From Selaginella moellendorffii (lineage: Eukaryota; Plantae; Lycopodiophyta): a DNA stretch of 64,000 nucleotides. The stretch spans positions 2,074,932-2,138,931 of the forward strand of contig NW_003314267.1 of NCBI RefSeq assembly GCF_000143415.4, read 5' to 3'. The position numbers and the translations under genes were made by a program. The notes below the pieces were generated by a model, which was not told the origin of the DNA, searched no databases, and saw only the letters and a list, made by a program, of their open reading frames with translations. The stretch's first letter is position 1; every line of letters begins with the position of its first letter. Below are positions 24,815-38,276 of the stretch, piece by piece.

Positions 24815-27115
24815 TGTAGCGCACGTGGTTTTGACCCTTTATCCTATGGTGATTTACCATAGGTTAACACCACGAAGCGGAACCTAAACCCTCTTTGTGC
24901 CACGTGACAGATGCCATGTGTCACATGCCACGTGTCCATGCCATGTGTCCATAGGAACCCGAGGTTCAGAGCCTTGGGCCACTGAACGAACGAACGGTGC
25001 CAAACTCCCAAGCATGGAGCCAAGGAGTGATGGAACCGAACCACGGAGCAACTCCCGAGCATACAGCCCAAGGAGCGAAGGGACAGGGGCCCGGAGCGAC
25101 TTGGAACAGTCCTAGAGCAACCAGCATCTCAATGCCAGGACCAGCATGCAAAACGGAGCCAAACGGAGTCTGGCGCTATTTCAGCATACCGGTGGCCTAA
25201 CATGAGGATATGGGTACTCCACCAGCTAGCATGGAATGGAACTTGGGCTTAGACCCAAGCCGGACGCAAAACAAGGACAGGCACGCAAGCGGGAGCTAGA
25301 CTATGCCTCAGGTTGGTCGGCCATGCCCGACCTACCCACTATCCCTACTATACATTTGGAACCCCCCACAGCCCCCCCCCCCCCTCTTCAGGAACACACG
25401 CTTTGGGCTTTCACCCCAAGCCTCCCTTAGTATCAGGAGTTAGTCTCTAGGACAAACTCGAAACTTACTAAATATGGAATGTCCTTAGATTGTGAATTTG
25501 GACACGGGACGAACACCATTGTGTTCAGGCCGATCTCTACATTCCGTAGATATGCCAAATGAGCAAATCTGGACACTTTCCATAAATAGCATTTGGGACC
25601 GAAATGAGACTAACACAAAGGGCATGATAGCGAGGGTGTTTGGCAGACACGGTAAGCTATCATCCAGCGATATTGAGGGACCAATCTCAATATGCGAGGG
25701 TTCTTGTCAAGCCAGTGCAAGACAGAGCAAAAGAGAACTAAAAGCCAGGCCAAGTATGCTCAGCTAGAAACACATAGGAGTTCCTACCTTATGTCCATTT
25801 GGCTAAGTACAAGTGCTAAGCCCAGTTTACTGACACTTGAACAAGAGGGACTAATAAAGGGTCCAGCAATACCGACCTCCTGCCATCGTAAGGTAGTAAG
25901 GTAAGAGTGTCCGTAAGGACTAGTCGACAGGTAACTTTCGATACCCGAAGTCACATTCGCGACACTCTCCCCCCCTTGGGAAGATTGACGTCCTCATCGA
26001 TGCATACTCGAGTCTAGAATACCGCCAAGGAAACAACTCCAGAAAAAGTTCACGGTACTCACACTATGTGAGAAATGCACCAACTTAAATGAGTTAGGGA
26101 GCAACCTCTTTGTCGAACGCGGATGCGCTACCAGCTCAGACACCTTCCGGCCGTCGCCGACAAGGAAATGACCAACGGAATCAGCCACCCTTGCTGCTCT
26201 GGGAGTCACCCAACATACAAAAGTGTGATATGCCCCTGCCCGTAGGAACATAGAGAGAGAAGCCAGAGGCCCCAACCCTCCTAAGCAAAGAAACCAAACC
26301 CGTCGGTAAGGTTTAGATAGACTACTGTAAACAGGCAGTTTAAAGTTGTTTACACGGTCACGCCCTTTCACCGAAATAAGGAACATCGACAAAGAGGCGG
26401 GTTATGTGACCAGTCGACAGTAGCTACCCCATGACTAGAGATTTCACCATGCACACGAAGTGCCGAAGCTAGTCTGCCCATTACTGGCCCAAACTCAAAG
26501 ATCAATAGATGGACAATATCAAAGTCATAGACAATGATATCTTAGAGGCTTAATTATCAATGAATATATCTTAGATTAGAACACAAAAGTATTCCAAGTA
26601 AGTTATCATCCGATAAACTAGTATTATAGTGAATGAACCACCAAGATCAGCATAATTGGTAAACATAAGATTCACCATCAAACAAAATTCAATAGCAAAT
26701 ATATCATCAAGTAAACTCAATGATAAAGTTTAACTATTAAAGATTGCAGACAGAATGCTAAACAACTTACGAAAGATAACTCAAAGAACACAAAGTATCA
26801 TTGACTGACAAGCAAAATGCTCGCGAATGTATCACCCAAAGGAAATAACATCCAAATCTATCAAAACTAACTCGAACAACAATCAACAAAAGAGAACTAA
26901 AAGCCAGGCCGAGTATGCTCAGCTAGAAACACATAGGAGTTCCTACCTTATGTCCATCTGGCTAAGTACAGGTGCTAAGCCCAGTTTACTAACACTTGAA
27001 CAAGAGGGACTAATAAAGGGTCCAGCAATACCGACCTCCTGCCATCGTGGCAGTAAGGTAAGAGTGTCCGTAAGGACTAGTTGACAGGTAACTTTCGATA
27101 TCCGAAGTCACATTC
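24815..27115 (-). mobile_element. Non-autonomous LTR retrotransposon derivative (Gypsy-like)
   Basis: 1150-bp LTR 24815-25964 with inverted termini TGTAGCG/CGCGACA. Adjacent PPT (reverse complement of ctctccccccctt). A ~230-bp partial second LTR at 26886-27115. No recognisable coding domain. Confidence 0.75.
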
Positions 27116-27474
27116 CCCTAGTTGTGCAAATGATACATAAGATTGCTTTCTGTTTTGCTCAAGAAAAGAAAGATAACAAGGAAAAAAAGGAAAAAAAAAA
27201 AAGAATTTAATATACCTCTTGTTTGAAGATGAGCTTCTGGCAAAGCAAATGGCTTCATGCATAATAGAGCTGGGAAAAGAGCTAGAGGCAAAATAAATAG
27301 CCCAAACAACACTAAGGCTAGCACAGGAGATAAGCACACGATAAAAGATCAGGAGAAATAACATGATTTACACCCATTAATTTCTTGCTTTTTGTTAGGC
27401 ACTTATAAACCACTCAAATAGAAGAAAGTTGAGAGCATGAAGTAGGTAGGAGTGTGGAGGAACATAAAAGGAGG

Positions 27475-28070
27475 TGTAAGCTCCTGAATTTGGACTTCCC
27501 GGGAAGTCACCCAGCCCAGTACTATTCAAACCCAAGGACGTTTAACCCCAAGTATCCCAAAACCCTTAACCGATTGGAAAAGGGGGTGCACTCTTGTTCA
27601 TGGGCCCTTTCCCTCTATATTTAAACCCTATGGATCATCTTTCAAGTCATTCTCTTTAGTTGCTTACAATCTACCACGCTTCCCTGCAAGTTCACGCCCT
27701 CGTGAATGGAAGTTGAGAGCCGCAGCTCTCTCTCGAGCCTCGCTCTCTTGACACCCTACCCCTTGGGTCGAGCCTAGTGGGAGCAAATTGGACCAACCAG
27801 ATGTCAATCAATCAACATGTGGGGTGATTCCCTTAGCCAACCAATAGAGTCGAACCTGAGACCACTCTGATACCAAATGTAAGCTCCTAAATTTGAACTT
27901 CCAGGGAGGTCACCTAGCCCAGTACTATTCAAACCCAAGGACACTTAACCCTAAGTATTGTAAAACCCTTAACCGATTGGAAAAGGGGGTGCACTCTTGT
28001 TCATGGGCCCTTTCCCTTTATATTTGAACCCCAATGGATCATCTTTCAAGTTGTTTTCTTTGGTTGCTTA
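27475..28070 (-). mobile_element. Cassandra TRIM retrotransposon (second copy, runs into gap)
   Basis: Reverse complement of the same family: LTR 27475-27668, 209-bp internal region with PBS (ctctgatacca, ~27865-27875), second LTR 27878-28070 ending at the N-run. Confidence 0.9.
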
Positions 28071-28454
28071 NNNNNNNNNNNNNNNNNNNNNNNNNNNNNN
28101 NNNNNNNNNNNNNNNNNNNNNNNNNNNNNNNNNNNNNNNNNNNNNNNNNNNNNNNNNNNNNNNNNNNNNNNNNNNNNNNNNNNNNNNNNNNNNNNNNNNN
28201 NNNNNNNNNNNNNNNNNNNNNNNNNNNNNNNNNNNNNNNNNNNNNNNNNNNNNNNNNNNNNNNNNNNNNNNNNNNNNNNNNNNNNNNNNNNNNNNNNNNN
28301 NNNNNNNNNNNNNNNNNNNNNNNNNNNNNNNNNNNNNNNNNNNNNNNNNNNNNNNNNNNNNNNNNNNNNNNNNNNNNNNNNNNNNNNNNNNNNNNNNNNN
28401 NNNNNNNNNNNNNNNNNNNNNNNNNNNNNNNNNNNNNNNNNNNNNNNNNNNNNN
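28071..28454. other. Assembly gap (N run)
   Basis: 384 N. Confidence 1.
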
Positions 28455-29222
28455 TAATCATATGTGTTGAGATTGTGGATAACATAATTAGATTCGATGA
28501 TGTTGAGTAAGCTATTGTATGTTTGTCATTGATCTTCAATTTGCCAGTTAAACTCACACACAATATATATTATGAAATGATATTATGGATCAAACATATT
28601 CACAAGCTTGTGGTTGACATAGTTTTATGAATTTATATTGCATAACCCAAGAATGTAGTCATAATGATGCTCAAATACTCGTGATTGATGATTACTAAAG
28701 TTTGTTGTTGAGATAAGAGTGCTAAAAATATTAGCCACTTCTCCTTATGAAAATTTAAGTCGATTGTTATCTAGACAATATTATTGGAAAAACTTTAGAA
28801 CATAGCTTTGTGGTATATGCATAAGTTCAAATGAACCAAGTGTAATATTTTGTCCCCAATAGTTCACAAAATTTGCAATACTTCTTGCTCTACACACAAC
28901 CATAAATATATAAATAAATATAGAAAAGATGTATAATTATTTTGGCCTTCCATTTGCCCATAGATGATTATTTGTTGCACATAAGTTGAATTATTGCTGT
29001 TAACTTCCAAAAGTGTTTTAAAAATTAAAGGAGCCATTTCTATATCTTACTATTGTTTGTGTCAATCTTTATATTAAAAGTGAAAATAGGGTTAGTTTAT
29101 TTTTGAGATAAAATTTCATATGAAGTTAATATACCTCCCTGGTTGTATCTCCTTGGTGGAGTGGATGGGGAAATAAATAAAGCAATCACTTTTATTGCAT
29201 ATTATGTTTTATAACTCTGTCT

Positions 29223-29225
<3 letters not shown>

Positions 29226-29308
<83 letters not shown>
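29226..29308. repeat. (TA)n microsatellite
   Basis: About 40 perfect TA units, expanded from a short tatata in the paralogous units. Confidence 0.98.
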
Positions 29309-29313
<5 letters not shown>

Positions 29314-29439
29314 CATATGTAAGACTAACCACATTACAAAGTATATTTCAAATATATGCCAACTATTTCATTTGCGATACAATTAAAGTAATGATTATAG
29401 CCTAGTAGTCATAAAAGAAATAACCTCTATTGACTTACT

Positions 29440-30100
29440 TTTAGTATCTTATCTTAATCCCTCTTTTAACAATTTGAAGTCAATGTAAATGAGACTAAAT
29501 CATACCCTCAAAGTCATTCAAAGTATCTATGAATGTTAACTCAATCCCTAAAAGATTTTAAGAGAAGAATGTTTGATCATAAATTTTTAATTTAGAATTG
29601 ATGCGAGTTGTATTATGCAATAATTAAGATAGTGTAAGATTTGCAAGATCATCCATTTTTTTAAAAATACCACTAGCATGACAAGAACAATAGTTGGATA
29701 AAAAATTTTAAAACTTTGAAAGCACAACCTTTGGATTTCCATAGTGTTTAACAACATTTGGTACATTCCTCAGAAAACACCATGTGAAGTGTGCTTACAA
29801 ATAAAAAATAAAATTAAAGAACTTCAAAGAAATTTCTTACTCATAGCCTAATTAAAACTCTATCACTGTCATTTATAGATTGTTTGAGAAGAGAAACAAA
29901 CAATTGGAAAGAAGAACAAAATGGATTAGAAATTTTTTGAATTGCATCAATGTCTTTAATTGAGTTTGAAAATGGTTCGTAATACATAAAAATTCCCTTC
30001 TATTTCTTTTGCAACAATATAATGTGTAGTTAGTAATTTTTCTTTGTATACTTGAGTGGTAGAGATACGAGAAAACAAAAGGTTGTGAGGCACAGTGTTG
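29440..30100 (-). pseudogene. GH1 pseudogene 3' half (repeat copy)
   Basis: Paralogous to 3930-4615, same degenerate GH1 C-terminal exons. Confidence 0.7.
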
Positions 30101-32109
30101 GGCTGTTTCTTGACTTCACTTAATATGGTATTTTCCTATTTGTGATAATCATACACAAGATTTCTTTTTGTTTTGCTGAAAAAAAGAAAGATAACAATGA
30201 AGAAAAGGAAAAAAAATGAAGAATCAATATATCTCATATTTGAAAACGAGCTCTTAGCAAAACAAATGATTTAGAGTTAGGAAAAGAAGTAGAAGCAAAA
30301 CAAACAGCCTACGTGGCACCAAGGCTAGTATAAGAGATAAATATATAACATGAGATCAGGAGAAATAACATGATCTACACCCATTAATCTTCTGCTTTCT
30401 ATTAGGCACTTGTAAATCACCCAAATAGAAAAAAAAAATTAAGAGCCTGGAGTAGGCAAGAGCTTGAAAGAGCTTAAAAGGAGGGAGCAAGAGCAACCCA
30501 AACCTTCCTAATGAACAGTTAAATTACTAAAACAAAATAAACAAAATATGAAGAATGTTTGATGCTTTGGCTAGCCCAATTATGTAAATAGTTAATAACA
30601 AATGAATCCATACTAGCAAAATGTTCATTTAACTATGTGTTGTTCCAAATAAACTTCAAAAGAATTGTATTCAATTAAATCAAAGAAATATGTAAAAAAA
30701 AAAAAAAGGAAATAACAATCTAATAACTATATGTGTTGAGATTGTGGATAACATAGTTAAATTCAAAGATGTTGAGTAAGTTGTTGTATGCTTATCGTTG
30801 ATTTTTGATTTGCTAATTAAATCCATATACAACATATATTGTAAAAGGATATTATGGATTAAACATATTCACTAATTTGTGATTGACAAAATCTTATAGA
30901 TCTATATCATATAACACAAGAACGTGGTCATAGTGATGCTCAAATGCTCATGATTGATGATTATCAAAGTTTGCCATCAAGATGAGAGTAATAGCCACTT
31001 CTCCTTACCAAAATGCAAATTAGTTGTTATTTGGATGATATTATTGAAAAGATTTTAAAATATAGCTCCGTGGCATACACATAAATTCAAATGAACCAAG
31101 TGCAACATTTTATCCTCAATAGTTCACATAATTTGCAATTCTCCTTGCTCTACACACAACCATGAATATATAAATAAATATAAAGAAGATGTATAATTAC
31201 TTTAGCCTTCCATTTGCTCAAAGACAATTACTTACTCATTAGATTGTTAGATCATTATTGTTATCTTCTAAAAGTGTCTTGAAAATTAAATGAGCTATTT
31301 CTATACTTTATTATTGTTTGTGTTAATCTTTATATAAAAAGTGAAAATGGGATTAGTTTATTTTTGGCATAAAATGTTACATGGAATTGTTGTACCTCCC
31401 TAGTTGCATTTCCCTGGTGGAGTGAATGGGGAAATAAATAAAGCAATCACTCTTAATGTATATTATGCTTTGTAACTTTGTCTTAAATGTTTTTTTTATT
31501 TAATTATTATTAAGTAAGATGTACATATATATATGTAAGACATATATGGACTATACTCATTGCTTTATTTGTATTATAAATGAAACAACTGACATGCATG
31601 TGAAATATACTTTGCAAAGTGGTCAGTTTTACATATTATTAATCCAATGACAAATAGTTTTTTCTGGGGAGCTCAAGTGAGCCACATCATAGCTTGTTGC
31701 TAAGAAAACTTAGATTTCAGCACACTCAAAGTGTAATAATGGGGTTTTATGGTCCTTACCACTTCTTAATTGTTGCAAATGCATATCATTTACTTTTCTC
31801 CAGAATTTCTGACCCATGGACAAGAGGAGGTGCTGCCACTTCGGCTTAAGCAACAAAAACTGTAGTGTACAAATGTAATAACAATCCGCTAGTATTTAGT
31901 GACATCTCGTATAGTGGGGATAAAATTGGTCTACTTTAATAGCTAGTTATCAGTAGAGAAATAGTTGGTTGGTTTGACTTTTTCAAGGGAGAGGTCTTTT
32001 TCAATCTAGGGTCCCAGAACACATTAATGCCTTTTGGTGTTGTAAGTCTTTAGATTCAATGTTACTGTGGCTACTGATATTTGTTCTTGCCTCAATAATT
32101 TCTTTTGAC

Positions 32110-32765
32110 TTACTTTTAATAGCTTATCTTAATCCCACTTTTAATAATTTAAAGTCAATGTAGACAAGACTAAATCGTGCTTTGAAAACCATTCATAGTA
32201 TTCATGAATGTTAGCTCCATCCTTGAAAGATTTTGAGAGAAGAATATTTGATAATAAATTTTCAATTTAGAATTGATGCGAATTGCATTATGCAACAATT
32301 AAGATAATATAAAATTTGCAAGATTGTCAATTTCTTAAAAAATACCATTAGCATGATGAAAACAATGGTTGGAAAAAAATTTATTTAAAAGCACAACCTT
32401 TAGATTTCTATAATGTTTGACAATACTTTGTACATTCCCCAAGGAACACCATGTGGAGTGTGCTTATAAATCAAAAATAAAATTAAAGAACTTTAGAGAA
32501 ATCTTGTATTCATAACCTGATTAGAACTTCATCTCTATTATTTACAAATTATTCGGGGAGAGAAATAAACAATTGGAAAGAAAAATAAAATGGATTAGAG
32601 ATTCTCTAAATTGCATCAATGTCTTTAATCAAATTTGAAAATGACTCATAATAGACGAAGAGTCCCTTTCATTTTTCTTGCAACAACACAATGTGTAATT
32701 GGTAATTTTCCTGTATACTTGAGCAGTAGACCCATGAGAAAGCAAGAGGCTCTGAGGCATGATGT
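32110..32765 (-). pseudogene. GH1 pseudogene 3' half (repeat copy)
   Basis: Paralogous to 3930-4615. Confidence 0.7.
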
Positions 32766-34670
32766 TAAACTATTTCCTGACTTTACTCTATAGCATTCCC
32801 TTGTTTGTGTGAACAATATATAAGATTGTTTTCTATTTTGCTCAAGAAAAAAAGATAATGAGGAAGAAAGGGCAAAAAATAAAGAATCAATATAACTTCT
32901 ATTTAAAGATGAGCTCTTGGCAAAGAAAATGGCTTTATGCTCAATAGAACTGAGAAAATAGCTATAGGCAAAATAAATGGTCTAAGCGGCACCAAGACTA
33001 GTGTGGGAGACAAACACAAGGAGATCAAAAGAAACAACATAATCTACATTACTAGTCTTGTGCTTTCTGTTGGGCATATGTAAACCACCCAAAGAAAGTT
33101 GAGAGCATGGTGTAAGTAGGAGCTTGGAGGAGCCTAAAAGGAAAGAGTAATCTTGTAAAAGTTTTGCTTATACTTCCTAATAAATAGCTAAACTGCCAAA
33201 ACAAAATAAACAAGATATGAAAAATGTTTGGTGCTTTGGCTAGCCCAACTATATACAATAAATGAATTCATGCTAGCAAAAAGTTCATTTAGCCAAATGT
33301 TATTCCAAATAAACTTTCAAGAGAAATGTATTCAATTAAATCAAATAAATATGTAAAAGGAAAAGAGAATCTAAAGGAAATCCAACAATCTAATAATTAT
33401 ATGTGTTGGGATTGTGGATAACATAGTTAGATTCAATGATATTAAATAAGCTATTGAATGCTTGTTGTTGATTTTCAATTTGCTAGTTAAACTCACACGC
33501 AACATTTATTGTGAATCTAATATATTCACCAGCTTGTGGTTGACAAAGTTTTGTGCATCTACATCACATAACATAAGAATATGGTCATAATAATGCTCAA
33601 ATGCTCGTGTTATCAAAGTTTATCATCGAGATAGGAGTATTAGCTACTTCTCCTTGCCAAAATACAAATCAATTGTTATTTGGATAATATTATTCGAAAG
33701 ATTTTAGAATATAGCTCCGTGGCATACACATAAATTCAAATAAACCAAGTGCAATATTTTATCCTCAATAGTTCACATAATTTGCAATTTTCTTTGCTCT
33801 ACATACAACCATGAATATATAATTAAATATAAAGAAGATGTATAATTATTTTAGCCTTCCATTTGCATAAAGACAACTGCTTGCTGCTAATAGGGTTGGA
33901 TCGTTATTGTTGTCTTTTTAGCCTTTTTAATTGATAATATATCCCGATGCTATAATCAAGCTCACTTTGAGAGCCTACGTTGCCTTTTTCCCAATGGCTA
34001 TCACCTCAGCTTTGCCTCATCTTGCTAAAGTTAGCATTGGCTCTGGGAACATGGAACTCCCAGGATGGAATCAAGGAGCTCATCACTAACATTCTTCTAT
34101 TTCGCAGCCTCCACTGTGTGAAGCACTGGACAACCTTTAACTCAGCTCAGGTATGACAATGGCACACCATGGAAACTCATCTTGAATTGAAACTCAAAAG
34201 TTCCTTAAGACTAAATGCAAACGACTGCTGGATCTCAGGCTGGTAAACTTAGTTTTGAGAAAAAATTAACGCTTTCTAAGATCAAGTCATAGTTTAAGCA
34301 TTAACATCAATGCTTTATTAAAGTTAACTTGAGGTAAATGTCAAAAACTGCATTGGACTTCCATTGTCTGACGTTGACTTTGAGCTCTCAGGTCAGCTGG
34401 TGCATGTTCCCCGAGTTTTCTTTTTTTCATTTTGCTGCAGTGGAAAGCATAGAAAATCATCAGGTAGTGTGGTAGGCCATAGGAGGAACGATCTAGTTGT
34501 TTATGTTTTGAGGGATTTGCAAAAGCTTCCCACGATATTTGTTGCTCAAGGATATTATCTATCCATCGTTTATAATCTTGTGGTGCCCAACCTCGAAGCA
34601 TGTGACAAATGAATGCAAGTGTTTGTGAAATTTGCTAATATGAAAGACCGAGGATTTACTTTGGCAGTGA

Positions 34671-37270
34671 TCAAATTCGCGAGAATAGTCGTCACCCGCG
34701 CATATCTGCGAGAAAGAGCTTCCACTGTTCTAAGAGAATCCTCGTCTGATCAGCAAGACATTTACCTCCACGATTTTCTCTGAGGCTTCAGGATCGCTTC
34801 CACGCAAACTTCCGCGACCTGATCCACGAGCCACAAGACCTTTTAGATGCATGCTTTCCTGCTAGAGTTTCTTACCTTCAATCGACTGATACCACCTATG
34901 AAGAGCGAGTCGGCTGGCCTCATGACGAGAGCCTCATCCTGAAACAAAAAGAAACGTTATCTCTAAGAAACTTAGGAGAGAATAGCAACGCTTACAGCGG
35001 GTGCGTTCTCTCGTAGACCAGCAGGCCTTACGATAGTGTACTCAAGCCCTGAGCGTTGCAATGCAAGCTCTGCCTGCCTTTTCCTGAGGATGGGAAAAAC
35101 GAGTGAGACCACATTCTTGCGAAGTTAAACTTGTTTCGCTTACCACCACAGAATGGAGATTATCTGGAGGAATGACGAGACTCCTATCGACGTAACCAGT
35201 ATAAACTGCGAGTTAAATGTCAGTCTGGATAGACAATACTTTGCTTGCTACCTTTTTCACTTGTTCTTGGTTCTTGGCTGCCGAGATAAGGTTCACAACT
35301 CCTTCATACTCGATCTGGAAAAAATCACTCAGTGTCAAAGAGAATGTGATTAACAACTTAAGAACCTGGTATGTCACCCTGTATTACATGACTATATCAG
35401 CTAAAGCAGTGACAATGCGACGACGTACCTATTCCCAGTCCAATTGTGGAAGTACTGCAAAGCAAACGTAGAGGTTAGTGGTTGTAGAACCTCTAATTCA
35501 GACCAACCTCATGACCGATCACACCCAAAATTGCCGCGTAGTCAACATCTGTAGCAGTTTCAGCAGATGCCAGAACAAGTTTCGAGTTGAATATCTGATA
35601 CGAATAGAAAAATTAAGTGAATCCAACAGCAAAAAAGAGACTCACATTCAAGCTCTTGTTCTCCATAGCACCCCTACACCATGCATCAGTTACCAAAAAC
35701 GAACAAAAACAACGGCATCGTACATGTTGAAATCGGGAACAGCGACAATGTTAAACAGGTCAAGATCATACTCCAACACATACACCTGTGCGAAGTTGAG
35801 ATAAAAGAGACAGAGAGAGAAAAAAGACTTCTACTTACATCCTCATCCCACTTCATTGAAAGCTTGAGAGCATGCATAGCATGCTCTGTCTTTGGGACGT
35901 CTTGTGCAGGAGTCCAAATCCTCAGTTGAACATCCCTTCCTGAACGCGTTTCAAAAGTATCGTCTCTGGACGTGAGTTGCCCCGCTACCAAGGCAAAGAG
36001 GTAGCAAGGCTTTTTGAAAGGATCCTCCCACACAGCATAATGAAATCCATTCTGACCACAGCACGTCAGGCTCTACACAATGCCAGTGAAGAAACAATGC
36101 CAACCTCGAGGTCTCCGGAGTCTATAAGGTTGCCATTCGACAAAAGAACGGGATACTGTGCTTTGTCCGCTTCTATCCTGGTAGTGAACTTTGCCATAAC
36201 GTCTGGCCGATCCTGTAATAGCTCGCCAGAATGTCAGCCAAACATTGTCACAAAAAAAGACCTGGTAAAAGGTTATCTTTCTAAAACCTTCAGCTTCGCA
36301 TTGTGTACAAAACATGCCGCTGGAAGACTTGTAGAGCCCCTTTTGGAGAAAAAAAAGTAACTTGATCCCACTTACTTCGAGAGACAAGTTAGTCTCCGGG
36401 TGTATCTCAGAGCCAATCTCTAAATCAAAAGGCTGAACAGGAAGTGACTTCAACGTCAGATGACGGCTGGTCAAATCAACTTCTTCCAGCTTCTGTTCTT
36501 TGCCGTTGATTTTAACAAAGAGAAGTTCACGTCACGACCATCCAAAACCAATGGCGGGCTTTCACCTGCATGGCTTCTGGTTAATGACTACCAAGATAGC
36601 GAACGAAACAACGAAAGTGAAAAAGAAAATACTTGAGTTTCTCGGCAAAACCCGGATCTTAGACACCACGGTTGTCTTTTTCTCAGACAGAACAAATTTC
36701 AGCTCGACCTGGATAGAAGGTGGACAAAACGAAAGCAGCATCCACTTAGTAGTGTCAAAGTGATAGCCAGTGGGCTTGTAATCCTTCAAAAAGATCTCCT
36801 TGGGAGCCTCTTTGACAGCCATCTCTTCAGCTACAGGAGAAGCTCCAACACCCACTGTGGAGAATTGGCTAGACCCTGCAAAAGCACGCTACAGTTCGAC
36901 ATGCCTTAGTCCGTAATGGAAAAAAAAAACGTACCGGCAATTTCAATCGGCTTCCGCGCACGCAACCAAGTTCCTACATTTTTTGTTCGAAGATGAGAAC
37001 CAAAAACAATGCTTGAAACGAATTTCGAAGACAAGGCAAACGTGGAACTGGGTTTACAGTACCGAGTGAAGCTCCTTGTCTGCAAAAGAGAGTAGCAAAT
37101 TCAGAGGAAGTAAATTGACATGAAAAGGAAGAACCGAGAGAGAACAAAAAAATCTGAAGCAAGAAGAAATAAAGCGCCGGGAAAGCTCTGGTGGCTAATG
37201 ACAGTCGCGAGGAGACGGCCAAGACGAAACTAAGCCCTGGTCTCTGGCAAGGCGCCATGACGGTGGCCAT
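34671..37270 (-). pseudogene. Chimeric aminopeptidase-5' / Rossmann-fold-3' gene copy
   Basis: 35371-37270 matches APN 19446-21374; 34671-35371 matches Rossmann gene 14666-15396. Lesions: 1-bp deletion at ~36527, lost donor at ~36750, 22-bp deletion at ~34690. Confidence 0.85.
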
Positions 37271-37552
37271 TTCTCCTCTAAAACCCCTAACATCCAAAGA
37301 CACAACACAGGCAGCTCCATTCTTTTAGAATCTCTACTGCTGGAGATAATCAAAGCACGAATGCGCTGCGCACAAAATTGCGAAAAACCTCTCGAGCAAA
37401 TATTATCGCGCGCTCCTCTTCACGCGGTTATCTAAGGATTAAAAGTTACTAAGGACTAAAAGTTACTAAGAGAAGTTACTAAGGATTTAAAATTTACTAC
37501 TAAGGATCGATCACCCATTGATAAGACGATTTGCATTCAAGAAAAGATGGGA

Positions 37553-38276
37553 TTATTTGGGATTATCGATCCACAGCTCATGGGCAAGCTTGACAATCTC
37601 CTCCCCGGCCTTGCAAGGAGAGCCAGCATCGTACGGCGGCTGCGGATCATACTCGATCATCAGCTGCACCGCTTTGGCAATCTTCTCATTCGTGATGATC
37701 GAGGCCAAGTAGATGGCCATGTCGATCCCTGAAGAAACTCCTGCAGCGGTCACGATCTTTCCCTGCTTGATGTACCTCTGACTCGTCACCTTGGCACCGT
37801 ATTCCTTAAGCTGCGGATACGCGGCCCAGTGCGTCGTGGCTTTCACGCCCTTGAGCAATCCCGCCGCGCCGAGGATCAGAGCTCCAGTGCACACTGAAGT
37901 GGTGAATGTTGTGCATTCGTGAGCCTGGAAGATCGACACAAGAACAAGCAGGGCTGGATCGATCGAAATGGATGAAGAAACGAGCAATTACCTTGCGGAT
38001 GTAGTCGAGGAGTGGCTTGTGATCTAACGGCAGGAGCTTGGGAGTGCCTCCTGGAACTAGCAGAATGTCAGGATTGGGCAGATCTTCAAAGCTGGCGCTT
38101 GCTTCAATCTTGAATCTGCCTTCGTCTGCAACAACGAGGCCCGGCTTGTCGCTCACGAAGGTAACGCTCACTCCCGGGAGGCGATGGAGCGCTTCATACG
38201 GCCCAATTGCATCCAACACAGTGATGTTGTTGAAGATTGGAATGGCTACCTGGATTTTCGATCCCATTGGCTTCAT
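37553..38276 (-). CDS. DJ-1/PfpI family protein, InhA-like (second intact copy)
   Basis: Exons 37992-38276 and 37553-37924. The protein differs from the 9045-9768 copy only by N>K near the C-terminus. Confidence 0.9.

Larger units (their letters stand above)
24660..33920. repeat. Tandem array of AT-rich ~2.4-2.7 kb composite units containing GH1 remnants
   Basis: Unit start 'gttgttttctgacttcattcaac'-like recurs at ~24663, ~30100, ~32767 (and ~2339). Units are interrupted by an LTR element, Cassandra, a gap, a (TA)n tract and an inverted segment (~31555-32085). Confidence 0.8.

Noticed and set aside
27997-28563. ORFs spanning N runs (also 63077-63363)
   Set aside because: Artefacts of assembly gaps.
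29195-29386. YIYIYI ORF
   Set aside because: Translation of the (TA)n microsatellite.
36430-37400. Gene-conversion mosaic in the third APN copy
   Set aside because: The sharing pattern is equally explained by private mutations in the other copies; it needs a formal alignment.
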